DNA of 64,000 bases from Octopus sinensis. Its lineage: Eukaryota. The stretch spans positions 12,523,360-12,587,359 of the forward strand of contig NC_043019.1 of NCBI RefSeq assembly GCF_006345805.1, read 5' to 3'. Shown piece by piece: positions 38,346 to 51,601 of this stretch (positions are counted from its first letter, which is position 1; each line of letters starts with the position of its first letter). The notes beneath the pieces are model-generated. The model ran no database searches. It saw only the letters and a program-made list of their open reading frames with translations, and was not told the DNA's origin. The position numbers and the translations under genes are program-made.

Positions 38346-38939
38346 ACACACACACATATACAGACATTCTATATATATATATCTGGTTTTGATACACTTG
38401 TTAACTCTGTCCTTTTGCTGGCCTTCTTAAACAAACTACGTACTTGTGATGCTGTAATGAAAAGATGTGATTATCTTTGGAAAAGTTGATAAAAATTAAC
38501 TGTTTCTATGACGAAGAAAAACCTGAAACTGGCCAGCTTCCATTAATATTCTCTCCTCATTTATTTTGGTTGAGTGGCATTGGTGGTGGTGGTGGCGAGG
38601 AGTGGGGGTCATTATTTGGTAGTTTGCTTTATGCAAGATTATGCACACTGGCTGCCTGTGTTTGTCTGGCAGAGCTTATGCTACAATTGTGTGTGTTTTA
38701 TATGTATATATATATGTGTATATGTATGTATATATATATATATATATAATATATAATATATATATATATATATACATACATATACACATATATATATACA
38801 TACATACATGTATACATACATATATACATACATACACACACACATATATATATAGATATATACATACATAAATACACACATACACACACATATATATATA
38901 CACACATATGCATACATATATACACATATGCATACATAT

Positions 38940-38970
<31 letters not shown>

Positions 38971-39429
38971 TATTTATATATATACACACATATACATACG
39001 TATATATATATATACACATATACATACATATATATATACACATACATATATAATATATACATATATAAGTGTTTGTATCTCTCTCTGCATTACAAAGTAG
39101 CTAGTTGTGTATGTGTATATATAATATATATATATATATATATAATATATATATATATATATCATCATTTAACGTCCGCTTTCCATATATATATATGTGT
39201 GTGTATGTGTAATGTGCATGTTTTGTGTGAATTTGTATTTGTATCTTTAAGCATGTATGTATGCTTGTATATAGTTTTTTTGATTTCTTTTTTTTTTTCA
39301 GAATATGTGATGGTTGTCTATGTCTATTATCTCTGTTTATCTCCTTTAATATTAAGCTTTATTGGGTAAAAAAATATGTTCTAATTTCTGTTTATGCTTG
39401 TTATACATACTTTCATGCTTGTTATATAT

Positions 39430-39466
<37 letters not shown>

Positions 39467-39790
39467 GCATATATATATATGTGTGCATATATATATATGC
39501 ATATGTGCATATATATATATGCATATGTGCATATATATATATATGTGCATATATATATATATATATATGCATATATATATATATATACATAGTGTATATA
39601 TATATGTGTTTGCATATGTGTATATATATATATGTGTATGCATATGTGTATATATATATATGTGTATGCATATGTGTATATATATATGTGTTTGCATATG
39701 TGTGTATATATATGTGTGTGTGTATTTATGTATGTATATATTTATATATATATATGTGTGTGTATGTATGTATATATGTATGAATACATG

Positions 39791-39830
<40 letters not shown>

Positions 39831-40171
39831 TGAGATATACACTATAACACATGCATCAGTATCTATAAAGAAATTAACCTGCACACAAGCATATACATAC
39901 ATACACACATGCATGCACACACATGTGGGTCTGCATCTATTACTTGTACATGTGTTTCAGTACACTATCTCAAATGCATACATGTATGCGTGTATTTATA
40001 TATGTTTTATGTCACACATTTACAATATGAAAGAATTTTAATGATGTTTCCATATGTTCAGCATTGAGAATCAGGAAGAGGATAGACAGATAGATAGACA
40101 GACACAAAGATAGAGCAATAGATAGATAGACTGCTAGAGCAATAAATAGACAGATATATATATATATATAA

Positions 40172-40240
<69 letters not shown>

Positions 40241-40920
40241 TATATATATATATATTATATAGAAATAGAGAGAGAGAGAGAGAGAGAAAACGAGAGAGAT
40301 AATATAGATAGAGATATAGAGAGAGAACGAGAGAGAGAGAGATAGACGGATAGAGAAATGGATAGATAGATAGGTAGACAGGCAGATAGATAGATAGATA
40401 TAGAGATGGATGGATGGCTAGAGAGATGGATAGAGAGATAGGTAGATGGTGGATGGATAGATATGTAGATGGATGGATGGATAGATAGAGGGATGGATAG
40501 ATAGGTAGATGGATGGATGGATAGATAGAGGGATGGATAGAGAGATGGTTAGATGGATAGCTAGCTAGCTAGATAGATAGATAGAGTGATAGGTAGAGAG
40601 AGAGCAGGTAGAGGAAGGTGGTGTTGGATTTTCCATATCATATCACAATGCATAAAGCAGAAATATTCAACCATTCATGATAAATGAAGATGAGGATATA
40701 TACCGAGGAGGGGGTGTTGTTGCTGGCAGCAATACTTGTGGTGGTGGTGGTGGTGGTGGCAGTAGTGGAGGTGGTGGGTGAGTGAGTGTTGATATTTAAA
40801 TTAGATTTATGGAACTGGGAATATTTTGCTTTATCTAAATTGATGGAAGAATGCAGGGAATGGTGTCAGTATGCAATGGCCATGGGAATTTGTTATGTGG
40901 TGACATGGGCCTGGCTGGGA
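38150..40920. repeat. Right arm (inner part) of ancient inverted duplication, expanded by microsatellites
   Basis: Reverse complement of blocks in 30170-32020, separated by long (TA/TG/TAGA)n tracts. Confidence 0.9.
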
Positions 40921-43089
40921 TTAAAAAGTTCACATAAGCAAGTATGCCTGTGTGGTAAGAAGTTTGCTTCCCAACCATATGGTTCTGGGTTCAGTCCCAC
41001 TGGGTGGCACCTTGAGCAAGTGTCTTCTACTATAGCCATGGGTTGACCAAAGCCTTGTGAGTGGATTTGGTAGATGGAAACTGAAAGAAGCCCATAGTAT
41101 ATATACATATATATATATATATATATACTTTTGATACATATTTAAAATAATATAAATTAATTAATTTTATGTATTGGCTTATGTTTTTCATTGTCTGATT
41201 TGCCTAATAGTGGTTTTATCTCTAATTTAATATAATATAATATATTTATACTATAAAATTGGATTCAATCCTAAATCTGATTTTCCCCTGTAAGTTTGGA
41301 TTTATTCCCTAATATTTTATTATATATATATATATATACACATACATACACTGTTACACCCATGGAAAACAGATGTTAAATGATGATGATGGTGATTGGT
41401 GTTGATGCCATGTAAAAAGCACTCGACACACTCTGTAAAGTGGTTGGTGTTAGGATGGGCATCCAGCTGCAGAAATCAAGCCAAAACAAACTATGGAACC
41501 TGGCGTGACCCTTGGCCTTGCCAGTTCCTATCAAACTGTCCAACCCATGCCAGCATGGAAAAACTGACCTTAAATGATGATGATGATGATGATGACACAT
41601 ACAAACACACCCAAATGTGTATATGTGTGTGCGTGTATATATTCATATATATATACTCTCGGAGTGGTTGGCGTTAGGAAGGGCATCCAGCTGTAGAAAC
41701 ACTGCCAGATCTGACTGGCCTGGTGCAGCCTTCGGGCTCCCCAGACCCCAGTTGAACCGTCCAACCCATGCTAGCATGGAAAGCAGACGTTAAACGATGA
41801 TGATGATGATATCAGCCGAAATTGCGAGGATAATCTGGTGTTTGACTGAGGAAAGAAAGCTTCGAATGACGTGTCCTTGTTTTCTTTGTATCGTCTATCT
41901 GGATGTTTTGTTGTCCCATTTTTGTATCACCTAGCTGCCCGGATATTTTGCGTTCTTGTCCCATTTTGTATTTTATACACACACACACACACACACATAT
42001 ATATAAACACGCAAATGTACATTAATTCCTATGTGCTTATGTATGTACCTACATATATATATGTGTGTGTTTGTGTGTACAGACACATGTATAAGCACAA
42101 TCACACACACACATGCACACACAATATTTCTTTGTAATGTTGCACTAGGCTAGCAATTTTAGAGGTGAGGACAAGACAATTACGTCAACTCCAGTGCTCA
42201 GCTTATACTTATGTTATTGACCCTGAAAGGATGTTATCGAACCTGAAAGGATAAAAGGCATAGTTGGCCTCGGTGGAATTTGAACTCACTGTTTAATGAA
42301 TCAGAATAAATACCACAAAGCATTTTTTTTTGTGTATGATACTCTAATGATTCTGCCGGCTCACTGCCCTCCACACATGCAGAGTATTAAACGATATATC
42401 AGTTTAGCATGGGTTACAAGCTAACCTGTACCCCACCTCTACATACATAATATACGTACCTATATCCAATGACAAAAAGAAAGGATCAAATCTCTCTCCC
42501 TCTCTTCACAATGACAGAGCTATTTATTAGACCAAGGAATAGAGGTGTGTTTGCTATTCTTTCTAAACAGGTTAACTCACGAAACCTATTGTTAATCACA
42601 ACAGGGGCATTTTCTCTGTAATTATTTTCTATTTTATGTCAGGTGTAAATATGGCTGTGTGTATAGACACAGGTGTGGTTTCTCGACCACGTCGTTCCAT
42701 GTTCAGTCCCACTGCGTGGCACCTTGGGCGAGAGTCTTCTACTATAACCTTAGGCCAATCAAAGCTTTGTGAGTGAATTCTGTAGATGGAAACTGAAAGA
42801 AACCCATTGTATATCGAAACGTGGAGTAGATAAAACAGGGGACAACTGATAAAGGGAATGTTCTTTATGTTGCATGTCTCGTTTCTCTGTTTTTTTCTCG
42901 TTGTTTGAAAAAAAGGTTCATTTTCTATGTTTTTGTTTTTATGTTTTCGTTTCTCATTGTGTCCCTGAAAGTTTTTAAGGGCATCCGGCTATAGAAAATC
43001 TGTGTCACTGAATTCCATCCAACCTAGGCAAGTGTGGAAAAGTGCACAATAAAACGGTGGTCCTTCATCATCAGTGACTTGGATTTTTT

Positions 43090-43745
43090 TATTTAAGGGC
43101 CCTTAAGTAGGGGAAATGAGTAGTGATTGTGTTTGTGTATGGGAGGAGGGATGGTAGTGGTGGTAGGTTTGTGTGTGGTGAAAAGTTTGTTGGTGGGATA
43201 GGGTTTACGTTGGCAGTAGTAGTGATGGTGGTAGAAATGATGGTGTGGTGGTGGGGATGGCAGTTATGATGGTGTTGGTGATGGTAGTTGTGATGGTGGT
43301 AGTGGTAGTAATGATGTTGTTGTTGGTGGTGGTGATGGTAGTTATGGTGGTGGTGGTGGTGATAGCAGTTATGATGGTGGTAGTGGTAGGGATGGTAATG
43401 ATGGTTGTGGTGGTTATGATGATGATAGTGGTGGTGATGGTAGTTATGATGGTGATGGTGGTAGTGGTAGTAATGATGTTGTTGTTGGTGGTGGTGATGG
43501 TAGTTATGGTGGTGGTGGTGATAGCAGTTGTGATGGTGGTAGTGGTAGGGATGGTAATGATGGTTGTGGTGGTTATGATGGCAATGATGATAGTGGTGGT
43601 GATGGTAGTTATGGTGATGGAAGATAGGTGGCAAGAGTGGGGGATGAATATTAGACAGTAAGAAAGATGTCAACAGGGAGCTCAGGAGGAGTAGGGGAGA
43701 TATTTGCAGGTAGATGATGGTGGTGGTGGTGGTAATTGTGGTAGA
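43090..43745. repeat. Cryptic (GGT/GAT)n trinucleotide tract
   Basis: Low complexity; source of the His-rich and Val/Met-rich ORFs. Confidence 0.9.
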
Positions 43746-44039
43746 GGTGTTTGATCCTTAGGGGTAGGGTTTAGTAGCATCAGGTATGGTTGAGTACATT
43801 GAGGTGATCTTTCACTGGTGTGGGGACCAACAGAGGTCTTGTGTTTAAGAATGAAATAATTAACACCATAAAGAGGAAAGGTGTTGTAGTAGGAGTGGAG
43901 GTGTTGATCGAGAGGGAGAGAGATGTCATAAGGGGCTGGAGTTGGGGTTGGGACCCTTGCTCACTTTTGACCTCCCTGTCTAACAAATTTGGGAACTTGA
44001 CCCTGCTACTAAATTTTAATTGTAGACCTGCTAAATTTT

Positions 44040-44630
44040 CTGCAACCAGCACAGCCACAACTACCATCACCACTACCAACACCACCACCAATACCACTGA
44101 CATCACCACCACCACTGACACTTCCACCAGCACCACCATCAACACCACCAGTCACCATCACCATTGACACCACTACCACCACCACCACAACTACCACCAC
44201 CACAATAACAACACTACACAGCAGCAGCATTACATTGCTGTCATTAACACTGCACCATCATGCTACCACCTCTACACTATCACCAACACCACTCCACCAC
44301 TGTTGCCAGTACCATCACATCATACCCAGCAGTTACCACTGCCACTACATCACCACCAGTATCACTACCTCCACCACCTCCACCATTGACAGACCACACC
44401 TGGCATCACTACTATGACCACCTCCTTTGCTACTACTGCAACACTGCTGCCACACCCAACACTACACTATCACCATCACCACCACCAGTATCACCCTACT
44501 ATAGGTGTTGTTGGTACCACTAGTACTATTAATAATGATTAGATAATCTAGTAGAATTCCTAGAAACTTTTGCTACCACCAAAACCCACCATCACCACCC
44601 CACCACCACCACTACCAATACTACTAGTAT
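44040..44630. repeat. Cryptic (ACC/ACT)n trinucleotide tract
   Basis: Low complexity. Confidence 0.9.
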
Positions 44631-44709
44631 TACGCCCCAAACTACTTCTAATACTATTGCATTTAACATTTATTTTTACCTCCCTCACCAACTGTTACAA
44701 GGGAGCCTC

Positions 44710-44970
44710 TATGTGGTCACTTAATTTGCTAGAAATCTTACCAGACCTCAGCCCCTTTGAGTTCTTTTTCTGGGGTCTGCTAAAGGAGAAAGTGTACTCA
44801 ATGAAAATCACAGATGCAGCACACTTGATGGAATGCATAAAGAGCGAATGTGCTCAAATTGAGGCCAGTGTGCAATTATTGCATTGAGTTCTCATAAATC
44901 TTGCGAAGTGCATTGACCTCTGCATCACAAATGGTAGAAACCATATTGAAGATGTTGTTTGTTATTAGCA
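44710..44970 (+). mobile_element. Tc1/mariner-superfamily transposase C-terminal fossil
   Basis: PDLSPFEFFFWGLLKEKVY...IDLCITNGRNHIE matches the SPDL.P.DFFLWG.LK.KVY...CI...G.H.E motif; contains an in-frame stop. Confidence 0.85.
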
Positions 44971-45024
44971 AGACACCTTTTCCTCTGTCTCTGTCTCACT
45001 CTAACCTTTCATCCTCTGACATAA

Positions 45025-45910
45025 GATCCCCTCCTCCAATTCCCCTCCCCTCCTCCAATGCCCCCCTCCTTCAATAATCCTCCCCTCCTCCAATGCCCCT
45101 CCCCTCCTCCAATGCCCCTCTCCTCCTCCAATGCCCTCCCCTCCCCGATGCCCCTCCTCCAATGCTGCCCCTCCCCTCCTCCAATTCCCCTCCTCTCCTC
45201 AAAAGCCCCCTCCTTCAATAATCCCCCCTCCTCCAATGCCCCTCCCCTCCTCCAGTGCCCCTCCCCTCCTCCAATGCCCCTCTCCTCCTCCAATGCCCCT
45301 CTCCTCCTCCAATGCCAATCCCTGCCCTGATGCCCATCCTCCAATGCCCCTCTCCTCCTCCAATTCCCCTCCTCTCCTCAAATGCCCCCCTCCTTCAATA
45401 ATCCAACCCTCTCCAATGTCCCTCCCCTCCTCCAATGCCGCCTCCCTTCCTCCAATGCTCCCTCCTCTCCTCCAATGCCCCTCCCCTCCTCCAATGCCCC
45501 TCTCTCCTCCATGCCCTCCCCTCCCCGATGCCCCTCCTCCAATTGCCCCTCCCCTCCTCCAATTCCCCTCCTCTCCTCAAAAGCCCCCTCCTTCAATAAT
45601 CCCCCATCCTCCAATGCCCCTCCCCTCCTCCAGTGCCCTCACTCCTCCAATGCCCCTCTCCTCCTCCAATGCCCCTCTCCTCCTCCAATGCCCTCCCTCC
45701 CTGATGCCCCTCCTCAATGCCCCTCTCCTCCTCCAATTCCCCTCCTTCCTCAATGCCCCCCTCCTTCAATAATCACCCTCCTCCAATGTCCCTCCCCTCC
45801 TCCAATGTCCCTCCCCTCCTCCACTGCGCCTCCCTCCAATGCTCCTCCTCTCCTCCAATGCCCCTCCCCTCCTCCAATGCCCTCTCCCCTCCTCCAATGC
45901 CCCCTCCCCT
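45025..45910. repeat. Pyrimidine-rich minisatellite (CCCCTCCTCCAATG-like units)
   Basis: About 900 bp of variant 11-16-nt units with a recurring CCTTCAATAATC higher-order marker. Confidence 0.9.
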
Positions 45911-47457
45911 CTTATAATTCCTTGTCTTGCAAGTTACTTGGTGACCCATCTCATGCTGGTGCCACTTAAAAAAGCATCCAGTCCATGCTGTAAGGGTGGT
46001 TGGCATTTGGAAGGGCATCCAGCTGTAAAAACCCTGCCAAAACTGACCTCACCTGTGCTAGTGCCAGGTGAAAAGCACTCAGATCCACACTACCGGGTGG
46101 TTGGCGTTTGGAAGGGCATCCAGGTGTAAAAACCCTGCCAAAACAGACGCAGTAGTCTCGTCAGCTCTTGTCAAACCTTCCAACCCATGCCAGCATGGAA
46201 AGCAGATGTTGAACGATGATGATGATGATGATGATTTCAACTGAATAAAATGTTGAAAATTTTATGTGTATTTCTTGAAAATATACATTTTGCCTGTGTC
46301 CAGACTTTAAGAACACCTTGTATAACTACCACCACCACCACCACCACTACCATCAACACTGTCTTCATTATATCTTCATGCCGTTATACAAAAGTGGAAA
46401 ATAAGACTTTCTCCTGTTCCTTCTCTTCCTCTTCTTCTCATTTCCCCACCCCCTCCTCTTCTCTCTTAATACCCTTTCTAAAACCTAAGTGTTGTTTTTT
46501 TTTTGTTTTGTCTTGTGATTCTGATTTTGTTTTTTAACACATCCACTTCTTCCTTCGACCACCACCACCACCACCACCACCACCATCACATCATCATCAT
46601 CTACCATCATCATCATTATTTACCACCACCACCAGCAGCTCCACCACCATCATCATATCATCATTATTGTTATCTACCACCATCCCTACCAGTACCACCA
46701 CCACTACCACCATCACATCATCATCATCATCTACCATCATCATTATTATTTACCACCACCACCACCAGCTCCACCATCATCATCATCATCATTATTGTTA
46801 TCTACCACCACCCCTACCAGCAGCGCCACCACCACCACTACCACCATCAACATCATTATTATTATCTGCCACCACTACTCTATACTTTATGCAATATACT
46901 TCAAGTGTATGCTTAATAGCACCTAAGGAAACTACCACTTAGCTGCCATGCCGTTCCTCTATGCGTATGTACTGTATGTATATATGTATATGTGAGCACT
47001 TCTACTGTACATGACTGTGGTTTGTGTATGTATGTGTGCGTGACAGGTATTATTACTTGTAGAAGATATTTTTAAAAAAATATTTTTACTCACAATTTTT
47101 TTTTTGTTTCATTTCTTTTTTTCATTTTCATTCTATTTTATACTGTTGACCTGGTGGGTGGAAATAACTATTTTTGATGATGGCCTACCCCTGAAGGCAG
47201 GCACTTTATTTCATTTATTATTATTATTATAATTATTATTATTATTATTATTATATTATTTCATTAATGATGGTTTTTAAACTCCCATTAAAAATACTTT
47301 CTTATGACTTATACCTAGTTTTTTTTTTATCAGTCCTCGATTTAGACCTGTTCCTGAATGGTTTACTTCCTCAATGTCAGCTGGTATATCTCCTACTTCC
47401 TTAGCAGCAGCACGAGGGTTGTGTGGATCAGGTCAGCATGGGAATAAAAGCATAAAT

Positions 47458-48355
47458 CAGTGGTTCTCGGTCATTTTGTTCTTTCACTTTCGGTTCCCTT
47501 TTTTTTGCTCTACTGGACCCTCATAAACATTCAATGTTTAAAGAAAAGTCATACTTTGTTTTTATAATTAGATATTATAAGGTAAAGGGTTTACCCTAAA
47601 AAGCCTTTACCCCTTTGGTCATGAATGACCATAGGGTTGCACCTAGGTAGTTCCCCTCCATGGCACAAGAGTGGGCAGGGTTGTTTTATGGTAGACCAGC
47701 AGTCATCCATGCTTACCAGCCTCCCCTCTCCACGCCACTGATATTATCTAAAGGAAAGACAAAGGTCGATACAGCTTGGCACCTGTGATGTGCAACTCAT
47801 TTCTACAGCTTAGTGAACTGGAGCAATGTGAAATAGAATGTCTTGCTCAAGAACATAACACACAGCCTGATTCAGGAATTGAACTCACAAAGACCTCCCC
47901 ACCTTCGGTCACAAATGATCATGGGATTTCTCCTACACCTAGAAAGTTACCATCTGAGGCACAAGTGCGGATGAGGTTGTTTTATGGAAGGCCAGCAGTC
48001 GCCCATGCATACCAGCCTCCCCTCTACATGCCACCAATGTTATCCAAGGGAAAGGCAAAGGCTGATACATCTTGGCACCAGTGACCTCGCAACTCATTTC
48101 TACAGCTGAGTAAACAGGAGCAACGTGAAATAAAGTGTCTTGCTCAAGAACACAACCCAGTCCAGGAATTGAACACACTACCTCATGATTGCTAGCCTGA
48201 TGGAATTATCTATTAAAAAATTGTTAAAATATTTTTTGTATTGTAAAAGCATAACTGATTTATTGCATATAAACTTTAGCATCAAAATCTTGTGTGGGCC
48301 CCTAAGGGCCATATGGATCACCAAGGGTCATATGGACCCCAGTTAAGAATCACTG
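47458..48355. mobile_element. hAT-like MITE with two nested tandem SINE copies
   Basis: CAGTGGTTCTC at 47458 and GTTAAGAATCACTG at 48342-48355 are imperfect TIRs; the interior ~47625-48190 holds two tandem minus-strand SINE copies. The 8-bp TSD is degenerate. Confidence 0.55.
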
Positions 48356-49090
48356 ACATGGATAATATGTGCCAATATGTAAATACACTCTGTGGAGGGG
48401 TTGGCGCTAAGAAGGGCATCCAGCCATAGAAGCCATTCCAGAACAGACAATGGAGCCTGGTGCAGCCCCTGGCCTTAAAAGCTCTGGTTAAACCATCCAA
48501 CCCATGCCAGCATGGAAAACACGCTTGAGTGATGCTGATGATGATGATGATGATGATGATATGCTGGCATGGCTGTGTGGTGAAGAAGCTTACTTTGCAA
48601 TCACATGATTCCAGGTTTAGTCTCATTACGTGGGTTGTCCAAGGTCTGGTGAGTGCCTTTGGTTGATACACACACACACTCACACACATGCATGCACAAG
48701 CAATCACGTGCACACACAAGCACACTCATTACATATACACAATCGCTACATAGGCACAGGAGTGGCTGTGTGGTGAAGAAGCTTGTCTACCAACCACATG
48801 GTTCCGGGTTCAGTCCCACTGCGTGCACCTTGGGCAAGTGTCATCTGCTATAGCCCCGGGCCGACCAATGCCTTGTGAGAGGGATTTGGTAGACGGAAAC
48901 TGAAAGAAGCCTGTCGTATATATGTATATATATATATTATATATGTGGGTGTTGTGTGTCGTATATTATATATATATGTGTGTCTGTGTTTGTCCCCTTA
49001 GCATTGCTTGACAAACGATGCTGGTGTGTTACGTCCCCGTCACTTAGCGGTTCGGCAAAAAGAGGCCGATAGAATAAGTACTGGGCTTAC

Positions 49091-49190
49091 NNNNNNNNNN
49101 NNNNNNNNNNNNNNNNNNNNNNNNNNNNNNNNNNNNNNNNNNNNNNNNNNNNNNNNNNNNNNNNNNNNNNNNNNNNNNNNNNNNNNNNNN
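49091..49190. other. Assembly gap (100 N)
   Basis: N run truncating a family A SINE. Confidence 1.
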
Positions 49191-49254
49191 ATTCCTGACT
49201 ACAGGCTTTTATTGGACAATGGTTTTTTGATGAGACTTAATTAGTCTAAATCAT

Positions 49255-50112
49255 ATGTCACCGCGTTTTTGCCATCATCATTACTATCGCTTTGTCGTCA
49301 TCATAATCATCATCTTCGTCATTTTCACTGTTATCATCATCATTATCATTGTTGTTGTCGCCATCATTGTCATCTTCTTCATTGACATCATCATCATCAT
49401 CGGTCATCTTCATTGTCATTATCATCATCATCGTTATCATCGTCATTGTCATTATCTTCATCGTCGTCATCATCGTTGTCGTCATCATTATCTTCATCGT
49501 CATCGTTATCATCTTCATCATTGTCGTCATCATCGTTGTCGTCATCGTCGTCATCATCGTCATCGTCATCATCATTGTCATCGTCATCATCATCATCATC
49601 ATCTTGAACACCAATAGCACCACTATCTTTCTCACTGCCGCTGTCGCCCTCACCACCCTCACTGCAACCACTACCTCCACCATCATGAAGACCAATACTG
49701 CCACTCTCATCCTTACTGCCACTATCGCCATCTCTACCACTACCACCACCATATCTACCATCATCATCATCTGTACACCTATGCTACCACTACCATCGAA
49801 CAACTACCACCTCTGCCAATATCATCATCACAATCATCATCATCACCAACAGTAATGTAATTACTGCTATGGCTACTATCACAGACATCAATAATCCTAC
49901 CACCGCTACTGTCACCACCACCACCACCACCACCATCATCATCATAAGCATTAATATCACCACCACTATGATCACTATTGTAAACATTAATGCCACCACA
50001 CCACCAACACTACCTTTATTGTCATCATCATCACAAACACTAATACTACCACAACCACCCACACTACCACCACCACCACAACCACCACAATCACCACAAC
50101 CATCATCATCAT
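49255..50112. repeat. Cryptic (ATC/GTC/ACC)n tract
   Basis: Low complexity; source of the poly-I, poly-S and poly-H ORFs. Confidence 0.9.
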
Positions 50113-50629
50113 ACCTTCAGTACAGGAAAAACAAGTCAGATAAAAATAAAAGAAAAGATCCAATCTTGAAGAAACAATCTTGTCACATCGCAATTTGCAA
50201 TTCCAGACTGCATTAATTAGACACGTGAGTGATGTGAGTGATGCGACAGACGTGTCGGTCAACCAGGAAACAAAGTTACACTGTCCTCCTGTGGAGAGCA
50301 GAATTATATCTTTTGTTTTAAATGTAGGTTGTTGTTGTTGTTATTGTTGTTTAACTCTGAGTCTGAACTGATCCAGCAGACCTCTGATCAAAAAAAAAAA
50401 AAAAACCCAAAAAAAACACGTCCTCATTGAATGTTCTGTGAAGGTTCATTTCGCAACCACATTCCTAAGCTTGCAACCCATTTCGGCACCATTGGCTTGT
50501 CTCTGGACTATGTCATTAGGGTGGAGGAGGTTTATGAGATGTTGCACAAGCCCTATTAGACCTAAAAATTTTGCACAGTGATGGTCATACTTCTGTAGGA
50601 GTTGACTAACATCATTAATGTGTAAAATG

Positions 50630-50830
50630 TGACCGCGTGTGTACCGTTGGCGATTTTTTTCCCCCTGTCTTCCCTTCTCTGGATCTTTCCTTCTCTTATG
50701 TTTCCGACGAAGAGCTCCACTCGAAACGTTAAACCCTCCTTCTTTCCTTCTTTCCTAAGCGTCCAATAATACTATATTTGTTCCACGTCCTCGCGTTGTT
50801 GTGTTTTTCTGTGCTTTCTTGTTTGGATTA
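50630..50830 (+). mobile_element. Penelope-like terminal-repeat fragment with degenerate hammerhead (50699-50735)
   Basis: GTTT-CCGACGA-AGAGCTCCACTC-GAAA-CG-TT-AAAC; U4 of the core changed to C. Confidence 0.55.
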
Positions 50831-50862
<32 letters not shown>

Positions 50863-51290
50863 ATCATCATCATCATCGTTTAGCGTCCGTTTTCCATGCT
50901 AGCATGGGTTGGACGGTTCAACTGGGGTCTGTAAAGCCGGAAGGCTTCATCAGGCCTAGTCAGATCTGGCAGTATTTCTATGGCTGGATGCCCTTCCTAA
51001 TGCCAACCACTCCGTGAGTGTATTGGGTGCTTTTTACGTGCCACCCGCACAGGTGCCAGACATATATATATATATATGTATATATATAGTTCTTACCACA
51101 TTGCCACACCTAACAGATAACTGGAAAAAATTGTTGGTATTATTTATTCTGCATCACATATGTTTCATTACTAATAGGAGTTATATAGGTATTACATGTA
51201 GAAAAACATATAAGACATCTATTAGTCATTCTCCAGACTAAGTGATAATACAGATCTACATTGGATTGAACTATACTATATAGTGTTTAA

Positions 51291-51512
51291 CCCTTTTGAT
51301 AATAACCTGCCTGAAACCGCCTCTGGCTCTGTAGTACAAATGTCTTATTTTCAAAACTTCTGCATTAAAATCTTCCACCGAACCTTAGTCACAGTTTATG
51401 TTCCTAACACTAGCTTAATGGTAACTATGTTATTTTATTAAATTCTTTTTTATATTTAAAATTAATTAAAAGATACACAGAGCATCACAAAATAAATATG
51501 GTAACGAAAGGG
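51291..51512 (+). mobile_element. piggyBac-like MITE
   Basis: TTAA|CCCTTTTGATA ... GGTAACGAAAGGG|TTAA; ends ~90 bp upstream of the PX exon. Confidence 0.85.
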
Positions 51513-51601
51513 TTAATGTTAGTCATGTGTCATAGCTTGTATCAAAATCCTATCTAAATATCTAAATATATATATGTGTGTTTTTTTATTTGTCTTTACA
51601 G

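Noticed and set aside
38477-38749. ORF across the conserved inverted core as a duplicated protein exon
   Set aside because: The paralogous copy has stops around it, a core difference is non-synonymous (E/K), and there are no shared splice sites.
43089-43673. 194-aa His-rich ORF and overlapping Val/Met-rich ORF
   Set aside because: Trinucleotide low-complexity tract that is open in several frames; no splice or domain support.
45131-45969. Pro/Ser-rich, extensin-like ORFs
   Set aside because: Product of a stop-poor C/T minisatellite, open in multiple frames on both strands.
49255-49855. Poly-I, poly-S and poly-H ORFs
   Set aside because: Cryptic (ATC/GTC)n repeat.
50150-50330. Unique CpG- and TAAT-rich segment as an exon or enhancer
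   Set aside because: No convincing ORF or splice pair and no second copy to show constraint.
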